The translations under genes were made by a program, and so were the position numbers. From a virus (lineage: Duplodnaviria; Caudoviricetes), in IMG/VR virus record IMGVR_UViG_3300027563_000002, positions 46,041-110,040 of that record: a DNA stretch of 64,000 nucleotides, one strand, 5' to 3'. This document shows, in pieces, positions 48,401-58,200 of this stretch. Each line of letters begins with the position of its first letter. The first letter of the stretch is position 1. The notes beneath the pieces are model-generated. The model ran no database searches. It was not told the DNA's origin and saw nothing but the letters and a program-made list of their open reading frames with translations.

Positions 48401-48865
48401 GCTGTCTCCATACGAAGTACCGCCTGTGACATTTATTGTGGCCACAGCACCATTGGCAGTGACAGTGACACCTGTGCCTGTGAAATTGATTGCTGTGGAA
48501 TTCTGTACCACAATCACTCCATTGGCCAGTACTTCAATATAGTTGGGAATATTGCCAGGAGTGATATTGGGACCAACTTCACTGGTGTTTGCAGTTACAG
48601 ATTGAATTGCAGATGCGGCTGTGTTTGATGGAGGCAGCACTGGCACAACAGGCGCAGTGCCAGCATTAGCAGACTGTCCAGCCCCCGGTCCTGGCGGCAC
48701 AGCAGGCGGCGCCAATTCAGGAGGCCCCACTGGAGTTCTTGCAGAGGCAATTTGTCCAGTCGTGCCCGGCCCTGGTGGCACAGCGGCCGGAGATCGATCC
48801 AGTGGTCTAACTACAGCTGATGTTAAGGTACCAGTATCTACAGGGGTGGGTCCTTGTGTGGCCAT
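42473..48865 (-). CDS. Very long fibre protein (GNVTGG repeats)
   Basis: 2130 aa, G/N/T/A-rich repeats with embedded globular domains. Confidence 0.8.
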   Translation of the reverse strand: MATQGPTPVDTGTLTSAVVRPLDRSPAAVPPGPGTTGQIASARTPVGPPELAPPAVPPGPGAGQSANAGTAPVVPVLPPSNTAASAIQSVTANTSEVGPNITPGNIPNYIEVLANGVIVVQNSTAINFTGTGVTVTANGAVATINVTGGTSYGDSNVVTLLSNFGSNTVSTTGNVTGGYILGNGSQLTGIIAASSYGNANVVANLAAMGSNPVSTTGNVTAGYIFGNGSQLTGLPANYGNANVGAFLPTYTGNLTANTISTTGNITTAGYFVGTFAGNISGNLTVPGSNTQVLYNANGNAGASTNFIFDYGTNAMVVTGTISSTGNITGANIIGNGAALTSITGANVTGTVANATFATSAGTATSATTAGTVTSNAQANITSVGILTSLSASGNITGNYILGNGSQLTGIAATYGNANVVANLAALDTNPVSTTGNVTAGYFVGNGSALGSLTFGNITTFNTAGLTTDELYLQGITRLNVTASGSSGYIFDQYGTSTLNPVLYISSGQTLAFNLNVSGHPFLIRDSAGANYSTGLSHVATTGTVLADSAAQGQVAGTLYWKVPYGITGNYKYQCSIHGGMVANIVVSDANVSNIAVGSAVTATTAGTVTTAAQANITSVGTLTSLNVTGNTATGNLTTAGQVSAVGNVTGNYFVGNGSQLTGLAATYGNANVVANLAALGSNPVSTTGNITGGNILGGANVNATTHTGTTVSVSANVTGGNVLTGGLISATSTITSAANVNGGNLNATGLSLSGNVVSALVSAANITTTANVSGNFFIGNGSQLTGIAATYGNADVVANLAALGSNPVSTTGNVTSGNVLTGGLISATGNVTGGNLSAVNLVINNITSDDSTLVSVHDGLQVFGNIIADNLGNVAAINLDGNVSNVLSGTGTWIAAGGGGGNTGNVTFDDQAVVGTGDQVGGSGLYLAPGTESVGNLQYIRVRGGDVATHIHLDTGNNAYFDQYFGDDGKYVKLANTGNVVIGSDNANGNSAQWTFGTDGSLTLPIGVSIDYNGNVQYPKIIADSGKLFSVQGQGNSGSAALAWTVDPNAASQYAAVAVNRAGDNLAKVILQAQSDSGNVATVKLWKFDETGNLSAPGNVSAVGNVTAGGLTINGTGVVTGNLQVQGNLTYNNLTNITTTNLVFGLANATTGISANGAGFVVGNTNEATFLYNYSAQAWNSNIGISAVGNVTGGNVVTAGQVSATGNVTGNYILGNGALLTGVITSVANINSGTSNVTVVSSGGNITVGVGGTANVVQFATTGAFVTGVVSATGNITGGNVRTGGVVSATGNITGGNILGGANVNATTHTGTTVSVTANVTGGNILTAGQVSATGNITTANSFVGNLTGTTVSVTGNVTAGNVVATSVIVNGQPTTYGYVNGAYLLAQNTTDQSVGLNGVVNFQTTNASNGSIITKTSNSQVTLAAGNTYKLEAIVRRLTSSSTWGAFRWYDVTNAAYVGIEGFSEVVTGSAAIGSTNVATVYVTPSVNTTYELRQTTVNTISVSANYATIEITQVNPAIAVQATATGTVATNYIATTRTGTNQTFTSAGDVILNTTDQSVGSSVTYNTSTGVYTLVAGTTYELSFTPSWTFSGSSNDAYVQYDWVDASTNTALDGNSGSFATAYSYNYNYAQHNFNIISKLVYTPSTNQTVKVRVTGTQAGGITTTLGVNSSAYVKAMNAIFALNTLETMTITGNVSVGGSLSAAQFVGNYSNGTSNVNIPAANGNVNISSGGTANVVVVTPNAVVVTGNVTAGNILTGGLISATGNVTGGNILGGANVNATTHTGTTVSVSANVTGGNILTGGLISATSTITSAANITGGNVLTSGLVSATGNVTGGNLNAAGLSLSSNVVSNLNVTSNIAGGNITTPGLINGTGNVTGGNLLTAGIVSATGTITSAGNLSLTGNIVDIGELWINTSSNGNINLNPNGTGNVNIPVGVLSVTGNVQSGNLRTGGLISATGNVTGGNLIGIYANGTSNISIPTISANILFSTAGNANVLVIANTGIVANVLAPTTATPANGVGYIGLPVSSVTGTGTLTIVDAGKLVYITGASQTVTIPANSSVAYPIGTAITFIAGPASSATSIAITSDTLYLAGTGSTGTRTLSANAMATAVKVTSTVWYINGTGLT

Positions 48866-49042
48866 TTTGTTGTCTTTCAGTTATGATACTGATATTTATC
48901 CGGACCAGGGATCAAACGTATCTAGTCTAGAAAACCGTCACCTGGTCAATATTTAGCAACCAAAACATTGAAAATACCACTCCGTTATTGTCAAATCTTG
49001 CACCGTAAATACCTGGCCCTACAGGGCTTAGGAGAATCACAC

Positions 49043-49777
49043 TTGAGTAGACAAAGAGCACAAAAAGCACAAAAACGTATGAACCTGGAAGTAGCAAACA
49101 CCATAGCCTTTAACTCAGCGCCGCGAACACACACTCGCCGCATTGACTTGATCCCTCGCACACGAAATCAAGAACGCTTGGTCATGGCTTTGCAAGATCC
49201 AGATCAACATATCGTAGTCACAGCAGGACCTGCTGGAACAGGTAAAACGTACCTGGCCATGCTGGCCGCTGTTAAGAATCTAAAAGAAGGAGCATGCGAT
49301 CGAATAGTGCTGACAAGACCCGCAGTGGGTGTGGAGGGAGAGAGTCATGGCTTTCTTCCAGGCAACCTAGTTGCCAAAATGGAACCTTGGACTCGTCCAT
49401 TACTGGACGTCATGCGTGAATACTATAGGCCACAAGAAATCGTGGCCATGATTGAAGATCAGATTCTGGAAATATCTCCTCTGGCATACATGAGAGGCCG
49501 GACCTTCAAAAATTCGTGGATCATCGCAGACGAAATGCAGAATGCAACACCAGCACAGGTCAAGATGCTGATGACACGCATTGGACAAAACTCCAAGATT
49601 GTAATAACAGGAGATGTGGATCAAGCAGACCGTGTTCAGGGCGACAATGGCCTGTACGATCTATGTGCAAAACTGACTCAAACGTCAGTGGCAGGAATTG
49701 CTGTGTGCGAAATGCAAACTCGTGATGTGCAACGCCACAGCATCATTGGGTCAGTGTTGAAACTCTACGCAGTGTAG
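49043..49777 (+). CDS. phoH: PhoH family ATPase
   Basis: GPAGTGKT, RPAV, GFLPG, RGRT, DEMQN, TRIG, GD..Q.D, RH; TTG after GGAG; TAAATA at 49006. Confidence 0.95.
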   Translation: MSRQRAQKAQKRMNLEVANTIAFNSAPRTHTRRIDLIPRTRNQERLVMALQDPDQHIVVTAGPAGTGKTYLAMLAAVKNLKEGACDRIVLTRPAVGVEGESHGFLPGNLVAKMEPWTRPLLDVMREYYRPQEIVAMIEDQILEISPLAYMRGRTFKNSWIIADEMQNATPAQVKMLMTRIGQNSKIVITGDVDQADRVQGDNGLYDLCAKLTQTSVAGIAVCEMQTRDVQRHSIIGSVLKLYAV

Positions 49778-50367
49778 GAGGTGATTATTGCATAGATTTC
49801 CCGCCAATTTTTAACTACAGGGTACGGGCACTCATGATTCATGTTGTGCCCGTGTTCCATTAATATACTCTGCAAACCCAGACGATGTCCTAGGTCCGCA
49901 TTTTCCGGCTTGTCCTCAATCCAGTGGAGTCCTGATCCTGCATAAGGTTCCAAGGCCGAGTCTTTGTCTGCACCTGTAGCCAAACAAGTCACACCTTCGA
50001 ACGCAGTCTTACCAAACAGTTTGCGCAGATTCATTTCACGCAGACGCTTGGCATTGACATCTGTGCTGAGGCTGGTGATGCAGTGAAACACATATCCATG
50101 CTCTTCATGCAGGCGTTTCACATAGAACATGGCATCGCGTAGCGGTGGCAAGAATCCAATGGCAGCTGATTCGTTGAACATGGTGATTAGTTTGCGACCT
50201 TGATCTCGGTCTATACCATAGCGTGTGCCAATGTCGTATTCAAATTGGTAACCGTCTTTTAATACAAATCCGTGTTCTTCCATCCAGATTGAAAATGCAT
50301 ATTCCCAATCAAGCAACACGCCATCTGCGTCAACTAGGATCAGGTTCTTTTTTTGTGTTGACTTCAA
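49765..50367 (-). CDS. HAD-family 5'(3')-deoxyribonucleotidase-like protein
   Basis: DADGVL, ITS, K, IEDKPEN. Confidence 0.85.
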   Translation of the reverse strand: MKSTQKKNLILVDADGVLLDWEYAFSIWMEEHGFVLKDGYQFEYDIGTRYGIDRDQGRKLITMFNESAAIGFLPPLRDAMFYVKRLHEEHGYVFHCITSLSTDVNAKRLREMNLRKLFGKTAFEGVTCLATGADKDSALEPYAGSGLHWIEDKPENADLGHRLGLQSILMEHGHNMNHECPYPVVKNWREIYAIITSYTA

Positions 50368-50632
50368 CTTCGTATCCGTTCTCTTTGAATAATCGTTCTA
50401 TTGTGGCAGCATAATGCTGATGATAATAACCAGCGATTCGGTCAAAATCTCTTGGCACTTGAGTACCTGCCATGTTGGCTTTGACGACTTCTAATTTTTT
50501 GAAGTCAAGTATTACATTGCAAGTTTGATGATCATGCATTTTCAAGTTTTTGGCCACTGTCATGACTTCGTCAATCTTGCCATCAGGTTTGGTCACGTAG
50601 GTCAAAAGTAAATATCTCACGGGATATTGCAC
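50330..50632 (-). CDS. Hypothetical protein
   Basis: ORF tiled in operon. Confidence 0.6.
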   Translation of the reverse strand: MQYPVRYLLLTYVTKPDGKIDEVMTVAKNLKMHDHQTCNVILDFKKLEVVKANMAGTQVPRDFDRIAGYYHQHYAATIERLFKENGYEVEVNTKKEPDPS

Positions 50633-51540
50633 AATTCAACAATGGTTGCACTCAAATTGATTTCTGCGTCAGCCACTGAGTTGTGATTGACCAGGCCCTG
50701 TCGGATGATCACAATTGCTTGATCCTGGCGCTCAGGAGTGGTACCCCACAGTTCCAAATTGTCATACATCCAACGAAACACGTCTTCGGCCTCCTCTGGT
50801 GTGCTGTTTTGACAAATCAGTGAGCGAGCCTGTCTGGTTTGTCCACGCTTGAACAAGTCCACACTGTCCAGTTTCCAATCACCTGCACTTTTGTCTGTGG
50901 CGCTGGGAGCAACCAGGGTGCCGTTGGTGCTGTTTTGTTGCAACAGATTCAGGCATTTTCTCAAGTCAGGATATGTGGCCTTGACATAGGTGTCCAGCAC
51001 GTCCAGATCAAACTGCACATTTTCTGTGACCAGCACTGTGGCAGCACGAGCCGTGAATTCAGTGTGATCTGTTTTGGTGATATGAAAACCTTGCAGTCGG
51101 CTGTGTAATGGGGCAATGATCTTGTGTGGATAGTTGCAGGTCATTATGAATCGCACAGTTCTTGAATAGTCTTCCATCAAGTTGCGCAAGGCTGGCTGTA
51201 CTGACTGATTGTTCATGTAATCAGCTTCGTCGATCAAGACCACTTTGAAGTCACCAAATGGCATGGTTTGACAAAAGTTGATCAATCGATCAATCCACTC
51301 AATCTTGCGACCTTCTTTGGATCCATTCACATACATCACATCATATTCATCCACACCCAATTCATTGATCAACATCTTGGCCAGGGTGGTCTTGCCTGTT
51401 CCGGCAGCACCACTCAACAACAAGTGTGGAATTGATTTGGCTAGAATCCAACTGTCTACTTGTTCACGTTGTGCTTGATCAACAAACACATAACCATCCA
51501 CTGTTCGGGGACGATATTTTTCTACCCATAGCTCTTGCAT
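50617..51540 (-). CDS. Clamp loader AAA+ subunit (gp44/RFC-like)
   Basis: WVEKYRP, GAAGTGKT, IDEAD, SR, PDLR. Confidence 0.93.
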   Translation of the reverse strand: MQELWVEKYRPRTVDGYVFVDQAQREQVDSWILAKSIPHLLLSGAAGTGKTTLAKMLINELGVDEYDVMYVNGSKEGRKIEWIDRLINFCQTMPFGDFKVVLIDEADYMNNQSVQPALRNLMEDYSRTVRFIMTCNYPHKIIAPLHSRLQGFHITKTDHTEFTARAATVLVTENVQFDLDVLDTYVKATYPDLRKCLNLLQQNSTNGTLVAPSATDKSAGDWKLDSVDLFKRGQTRQARSLICQNSTPEEAEDVFRWMYDNLELWGTTPERQDQAIVIIRQGLVNHNSVADAEINLSATIVELCNIP

Positions 51541-51544
51541 TTTG

Positions 51545-51778
51545 TCACCTTGACTTTAAAACTTTCCACATCTGTTGTTGCTCTTGTTCCAACAGCCATT
51601 CTTCTTCACCAGAGAACTGTCCAATTTTGGACAACATCTCGTCCACAGCAAATTTTACACGATACAGGTCTTGTTTGCAAGGCCAGTTTACCCAACCTGT
51701 CATGTGTGGATCAGTTGCGCCATGGTACATGCGTTGGCATTCGTCAATCACCTGATTCACATTCCAATCTTTGGTCAT
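51545..51778 (-). CDS. Hypothetical protein
   Basis: ORF tiled in operon. Confidence 0.55.
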   Translation of the reverse strand: MTKDWNVNQVIDECQRMYHGATDPHMTGWVNWPCKQDLYRVKFAVDEMLSKIGQFSGEEEWLLEQEQQQMWKVLKSR

Positions 51779-52167
51779 CGTTCTTTTCGTTCAACGTGAA
51801 TGGCATCTGAGAATGTGGCATCTGCAGGACGTTCATCTGCACTCATTAGTATGTCTTTGGGATCAATTTTTCTGATGGTTCGTTTACCCCCATCATCTTC
51901 GATATCCAGGCCACGGGTCCAACGCCCATGTGCCACAAGAATCCACTCGCCCACATGCACATCCTGCTGCTCTGGACCAACAGCATAAACCCTGCCCCAC
52001 CTTGGACGGATACCTGAGCTTTTGCCATTGTCATTTAGTAATACAATACCGCCATTTGACAGTCGTTCATCAAAGGTCATGTCCTCCACAAGCACTGAAT
52101 CATTTAGTGCTTGTAACCGGCTGACTCTGTGTGCTGAATATGCTGCCTTCATTAGTCTAGATGCCAT
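51775..52167 (-). CDS. groES: GroES-like co-chaperonin
   Basis: ALNDSVLV, GGIVL, GRVYAVGP, DVHVGE, DIL. Confidence 0.85.
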   Translation of the reverse strand: MASRLMKAAYSAHRVSRLQALNDSVLVEDMTFDERLSNGGIVLLNDNGKSSGIRPRWGRVYAVGPEQQDVHVGEWILVAHGRWTRGLDIEDDGGKRTIRKIDPKDILMSADERPADATFSDAIHVERKER

Positions 52168-52373
52168 TTGTGTGTGGATGCCTGAGTTTGTTGTCGATAA
52201 TGTGTTTGCACAGGCTGGTTCTGCACTGCCACAGGCTGATTGCGATCGTTGATTACTTCGCCGCGAGCATTGACATTCATATTGCCAACAGCTCTGACGT
52301 TTTCATTTTGCAACATCAACTTGCCCATGTCTACCATTTTGCCTTGAGAACTTTTGTATATCATTTGTGTCAT
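52152..52373 (-). CDS. Hypothetical protein
   Basis: AVGNMNVNARG; RBS and TAAATA upstream. Confidence 0.6.
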   Translation of the reverse strand: MTQMIYKSSQGKMVDMGKLMLQNENVRAVGNMNVNARGEVINDRNQPVAVQNQPVQTHYRQQTQASTHKWHLD

Positions 52374-52394
52374 CGGAATCTCCTAAAATTGTAT

Positions 52395-52907
52395 TTAACG
52401 CAGGAACTCTTGTGGGTCTAAATCATAGTACATTGAGTCAATTCTGTGTACTCCCAAGAGGTACAACACATAACTGGCCACCGAGCTGCCACGTCCCACA
52501 CCCCAAATCATGCAGTTGGCATGTAATGTGTCCACAAGATATTTGAGATAGCGTAGCAAATCAAACAAATTGCGTTCCTGGAACAACAGCAATTCTTGAC
52601 CACAGCGTTGTAGTTTGGCATCTGAGTCACACAGGCCTAAAATGTATTCAGCAATGTCCATGTGTCGGTATTCGACGGGCATGTGCCAGGCATTTTGTTT
52701 GATTGTATCAAATTCCGCCACAGTCATGTCTGTGAATGCGTATTCAACTAGTTCAGGTATCTGTTGCAAATATGTCACTGCTGCCGATAAATTCACATCT
52801 GGTTCTACCAGCATACTAGACAACTGTTCCACAGTGCGACCACGCATGATCATGTTCACAAGATCTGTCTCGTTGTAGATGATTTGTCCGTATTGATCAG
52901 TCTTCAT
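52395..52907 (-). CDS. DNA polymerase III alpha (DnaE) palm-like fragment
   Basis: WGVGRGSSVASYVLYLLGVHRID...L..EFLR. Confidence 0.8.
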   Translation of the reverse strand: MKTDQYGQIIYNETDLVNMIMRGRTVEQLSSMLVEPDVNLSAAVTYLQQIPELVEYAFTDMTVAEFDTIKQNAWHMPVEYRHMDIAEYILGLCDSDAKLQRCGQELLLFQERNLFDLLRYLKYLVDTLHANCMIWGVGRGSSVASYVLYLLGVHRIDSMYYDLDPQEFLR

Positions 52908-53499
52908 TTTTTGAAAAATTAGCAAACACCACAGTGTTGGCAGTGGGCTCAGCAGTGTCTTCAGGCCAGGTCAGGCCATACTCAATCCAGGCATTGGGCA
53001 CAACCTTGACCACATTGTCTCCCACATCTCCCACGTCCACAGTATTGTGTTGCACAGTGGACGCATGCCACCAACCTTCCACACGGAATGGTCCAGGCGA
53101 GTCTTCATCCTCGTCGTGTTGATACCAAACTGAGTCACCCAATGCGCTCATGAGGTCTAAACGTGTTACTGCCATGCGTCCTTCCATGATGGCGTTGAGT
53201 TTGTAGTATAGCATCATGCCAATGATTTGGTCTACCGGTTCTTCAGGCAAGGTGGTCACATTGATGCCCATGATCTGCATCATTTCGGCACGTTCTTGCA
53301 GAGCTTGATTGATGAACACAGTGTTGGCCAGTTCGCCATGCATGAACATTTTGAGTCGATCCATAGCAATGTTGGTGTTAACGGCATCCGTGGTCTTGGT
53401 CAGCAGACTCATGCTGATGGAATAACTGTTCAGTTGCAGACGGTCATCATAATAGATGCCGGCCAGGAAGTCTAGATCGTATTGTAGTCTAACGTTCAT
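52897..53499 (-). CDS. Hypothetical protein
   Basis: 200 aa ORF tiled in operon. Confidence 0.6.
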   Translation of the reverse strand: MNVRLQYDLDFLAGIYYDDRLQLNSYSISMSLLTKTTDAVNTNIAMDRLKMFMHGELANTVFINQALQERAEMMQIMGINVTTLPEEPVDQIIGMMLYYKLNAIMEGRMAVTRLDLMSALGDSVWYQHDEDEDSPGPFRVEGWWHASTVQHNTVDVGDVGDNVVKVVPNAWIEYGLTWPEDTAEPTANTVVFANFSKNED

Positions 53500-53732
53500 T
53501 GGATATTGATCTTGTTGTCGAAGTTGGCATCGCCTTGAGCCTTTTGATAGCTCTCTTGCAATTTTTGTTGATACATGTTTTGATAGTTTTCCATGGCCAT
53601 GCGTATTTGGTTACACAAGTGACCATTGCCGGTCCGGGCAGCTATGCCCAGTTTCTTACTGAGTTCGCTGACCTGAGTGCCCAGCTGTTCCAATGTTAGA
53701 TCATCAAGTGAGCCTATTAAAGGATGTTCCAT
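53496..53732 (-). CDS. Hypothetical helical protein
   Basis: 78 aa ORF. Confidence 0.55.
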   Translation of the reverse strand: MEHPLIGSLDDLTLEQLGTQVSELSKKLGIAARTGNGHLCNQIRMAMENYQNMYQQKLQESYQKAQGDANFDNKINIQ

Positions 53733-53776
53733 GTGCTTATTTTACAATGGAAATCTCTGTTAGTCAATCAATTTGA

Positions 53777-55204
53777 TCAACCCCAATTGCCCACACTGGT
53801 CACAGAACTGGTGCCCAAACTGACCAATCTGAAATAACTGCCGGCCAACACAGTGGGAGCACCTCCTGCAATGGCGCTGAATTGAATTTGCGGGGTGAGT
53901 GTGGTGGCAGAATTGGTACGAATCATACCACGCAATACCACTGTGATGTTTTGGTTGGTGTTAGTGCTGGCCGCAGTGACCACTGTAGCAGTGGCGGCTG
54001 TGCCGTAGATTCTGCTGACTGTGCCCAAAATATTGCTGGCAGTGCTGGTGGTTTCGGCAATGTAACTGATACCAGTAAGAGCACTGGTTGAGTTGAACAA
54101 CACACTGAGTGTGCGACTGGTAGCGCCTGCACTTCTAGTGATATAGTACACAGCATCAAACAAATAAGTTTTTGTGGCACTGAGATCAATGGCACCATTG
54201 GCAGTGGAATTGAATACCTGTTGAGCTGTGGCCACATCACTGGCTGTGTAAGGACTGGTCAAAGTGATGAAATGCTGTGCGGCCAGCACGCCTCGATTGG
54301 ATGATGGAGTAAAGTAGGCCACAGCACCATCATATTCCTGGGCACCGTTCAGTGGCACACTTAAATTTGTGCCAGCAGCAAACAGCACCGGAGCCTGGCT
54401 GGCAGTACCTGTTGTGGGATGAACAAATCCGTTGATATTGCCACCTGTGACATTGCCCGACACTGACACTGTGGTACCTGTGTGTGTGGTTGCATTGACA
54501 TTGGCACCACCCAGGATGTTGCCACCTGTGATGTTACCAGAAGAACTGATTGCACCACCGGTCAATAAGTTGCCACCGGTGATGTTGCCAGTCACACTCA
54601 GTGTGGTATAAGTGGCTGATGTGAAATTGGTCAGTGCGCGATTTAGGTCAAATATGGTAATGGTTGTGCCGTTGTTGTAGCTGCCAAATGCAAATTCATA
54701 AGTGCCTGCGGCAGCAAATGTAATAGTGCCTGCTGAATATCCTTGCAGTCCTGAAGTGCCCAGCGACACCTCTGCTGGCAAGGTCACAGTGTAAGCAGGA
54801 TTGGCAATAACGATCTGCAGTTTAAGATAACCGTAACTGCCTGTGGCTGGCCATCCGGAGAAACTCAAAGAAATTGAACCAGTGGTGGTGATGGTTTGAT
54901 AGTGGCCAGATTGATAGTTAACAGCAATAGATCCCGATGTGCCACTCACTGTATTTTTCACTGCACTGAATGCTTGAATTTGAGCAGCATAGATCAAAGC
55001 ATTGCCCATGTTGTTGTTCAAGGTTGTTCCTGACAGCGGAGCCTTCAATAGCACGTTGTTCTGCAGGTCTGTGATTTCAGCAGCCGCGTCTTGAAAGTTT
55101 ACCTTGATATTGGTAAAATTATCTCGAAAACCTTGACTGTTGTTGTCTTGTCCGGCTACTGGATATGATCCATCGATGTTGTTGGGGTTGATAGCACTTG
55201 TCAT
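53777..55204 (-). CDS. Virion structural/fibre protein
   Basis: YPVAGQDNNSQGFRDNF N-terminus; shared fibre repeat. Confidence 0.7.
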   Translation of the reverse strand: MTSAINPNNIDGSYPVAGQDNNSQGFRDNFTNIKVNFQDAAAEITDLQNNVLLKAPLSGTTLNNNMGNALIYAAQIQAFSAVKNTVSGTSGSIAVNYQSGHYQTITTTGSISLSFSGWPATGSYGYLKLQIVIANPAYTVTLPAEVSLGTSGLQGYSAGTITFAAAGTYEFAFGSYNNGTTITIFDLNRALTNFTSATYTTLSVTGNITGGNLLTGGAISSSGNITGGNILGGANVNATTHTGTTVSVSGNVTGGNINGFVHPTTGTASQAPVLFAAGTNLSVPLNGAQEYDGAVAYFTPSSNRGVLAAQHFITLTSPYTASDVATAQQVFNSTANGAIDLSATKTYLFDAVYYITRSAGATSRTLSVLFNSTSALTGISYIAETTSTASNILGTVSRIYGTAATATVVTAASTNTNQNITVVLRGMIRTNSATTLTPQIQFSAIAGGAPTVLAGSYFRLVSLGTSSVTSVGNWG

Positions 55205-55216
55205 TTATGATCCTAA

Positions 55217-58200
55217 TTATTCCAATATATTAGCTTTGGGAAATACCAGATATTTATCCAAACGATCTGTGGGATCGTACATATCCACCGGCACTTCAAA
55301 AGCCATGCTGCCACCATCAAATATGGTTTCTGTTGTGACCACAGTGGGCACCGGCAACCAGCTGATACGTGTGTATGAAGGGCCCGGTGACCCTGGATAA
55401 TACAAATAAGCTGATCGATATTCGTCTCCGCGTGTGACCTGTACATAGTCATTGAGCACAGTTTGCTGGGTCAGTGTCAATGTCACTACGGTGGTCACAG
55501 GATCCACTGAAATGGTCCAGATGGCCATGCGTTGATCTACTGTGCTGAAATCTCCGCCAGGAATGGTCACAGCTTGGTCAAATGTTTCGCCTGTAGCGTC
55601 AAAACCGCTGGTGTCAAAAGGGTGTAGATAATTTTGCCAGGCATCATCAATATTGTTGTAATCTGGATAAGTTTCTTGATTGACAAATATCAAGGTGTTG
55701 CCATCTATAGTACGAATATTGCCGTCTAGACCGCCTAAATTTTCAATATAATCCAAGGTACGCTCGTTCACATCAGCAAAGGCCAAATTGGTGCCTATGT
55801 CAACAGTGCCCAAGAAGATATAACTTGATGTGTCGAATCGATCAAATGTGGTAAGACTGGGATTCGGAGTCCACTGTTGTGTTTCAGTATCCCAGTTACG
55901 ACTCAGTTTGCGATTCAAGATGTATCGATCAACCTTGAAGTCCACGCGATTCAACTGAGTACCAAAATATTCTTGCATGTAGTAGGCAATCTGTGCTGAT
56001 CTATCAGGTTTGGTGTAGCAAATCACCCAGGCTGGAGTGAATCCCAACACTCGACCATTGCTTTGTTTTGAAGTCATCCATAATGGCAGCTTGGTACTGA
56101 TTTGTCCCACAACGTCTATCACTTGATCTCGCATGTTCACAAGACTGTTGGGATAAACAGAATTAATTTCTTTGGTGGGATCTGTAGGATCCGTGATGGC
56201 ATATGGTAGTGTGACAATTTTGTTCACACTTTGTCCTTGATTGTTCACCAGGTTGTCTTGAATTTTACTGTAAACAACTTCGTAGATCACGTTGCCGTCA
56301 GCATCAAGAGCCTGAGCGGTGTTGATTTCTCCCAGCACCAGTTCTTTCCAGTAGTGATTGAGATACAGACTTTCAACATAGCGTGCCTGAGTTTCTGGTG
56401 CTAGACCAAACACATGCTGATACACCACTCGACTGGACAGTCCAAAGTTGGGGTCGTCGGGTCTAAAAATATAATCAGGAACAAAAATTTCTTGATCGGT
56501 CAACAAACTGTCAATCAGCACACGATCATTTTCTGGTGGCATGGCCTGCACTGTGAGATTTTGATATGGTCGGTTGTAGACACGTATGACCTTGACTCGA
56601 AAAGTTCGAAAGGCCGATACCACATCTCGTGCGCCGGTGGCCTGCATCACTGGCACCAGACTGGCACCACTACCACCAAATCCTGCAGTTATGGTTATGG
56701 TTGCTGGAGCAGTATAACCTGCTCCTGAGTTGGCCACAGCGACTGATGTGATAGCACCACCACTGACTGTGACATTGCCAGCTTGTGCGGTGACCGCTGC
56801 GGCACCCACAGGAGAATTGAATTCTATCACTGGAGGACTCACAGAACTGTAGCCGGTACCACCATTGGCCACTGTCACACTCTCAACCTTGTACAGTGTC
56901 TGAGCTGTGTCTAATGCATAGGCATTCACCGTGAATACAAATGTGCTGTCAAATGTGGTTCCGCTAACAGTGGCATTGAGTACCACCGACTGAGTGGCAT
57001 CAAAAGTGGTGGTTCCCATGTCAACTGCAAATGTGTTGAATGACACATCACCCACTATGTCTCCGCTGGGCAGCAGTTGCAGTCCTTGGGGCAATTCATT
57101 GTATGCGCCACTTTTGAGTCTGTAATTCAATTGTCTTCCGCCACGATTGACCGCTTGTACGTTCAACAAACTCACACTGCCATTTTCAATGCTGCCAAGA
57201 TCACTGGCCGTGAGCCAGGTGACTTCGGCATCGATGGCTCCACTCACAGAGAGTATGAACGGATATTGACTGCTGACCACCACTAGTTCAGCTGTGAATG
57301 ATCCCGACGCTGTGGTTAATGACACAGCCGTTGTGCTGTTGAGATTTGTGGCCACAGTAAATTGTGTACTGTTGATCACCTGGAGTACATAATAAATTGT
57401 GGTGTCGCTGGCGCTTAGTCCACCAACAGGGTTGCCAGAAAATTTAATGGCTGTGCCTGTGCCCAGTTGTGCGGTGCTATTGCAAGTGATGAGATTGGTA
57501 CCAAATGTGGTGGCAGTGCATGTGATAGGCGTGCCAATAGGATCCCTTTGTCTCACAGTGATGTAAAAACTGTACTCTACCTGTGTGACGCCCTGATCTG
57601 GCACGTATCCATACAACCATCCAGATTTGGGATCAAGTGTGAGTCCTGGTGGCAATCCTGACCCTTGATTTACCGAAATACTATAACGCAGGTCAACCGT
57701 ATCATAATCGTCGCCTACAAATTGATAGGCATAATAATTGTCTCCACGTACGGTGCCAAGATTGTTGGGCGCAGCGTTGGTCAAAAATGGCGGCCTAACA
57801 GTGGTTTCATCTGCGGTGACCGCGATATTGTCTGTTGTGATTGTGGTGTTGTCACCAGTAAGAGAATCTCTATTGTACACAAAGAAATTGAATGTACGAA
57901 GAGTACTGCTTTTGCCGTCGGTCACTTCCAGAGTGAATTGATAATTCTTGTTTATAGCAGCCACTATAAAATCATAAGGAAACAAATCTTCAGGAGTGAG
58001 ATCATAGCCCACTGGTTGGTTTACATTGGCTGCTGGCTCTATATATCCATACAACAAGCCCTCGGACGACACAGTGACTCCACCAGGCAGTTGTCCTGAC
58101 ACCAGTCTCACAACTTCAGTGTCGCCGGGATCAGTACCAGCTAGAACAAATTGAAAATCTATTAGATCTCCGTCATAGTAGGTACCAATACTGCCTGCTG

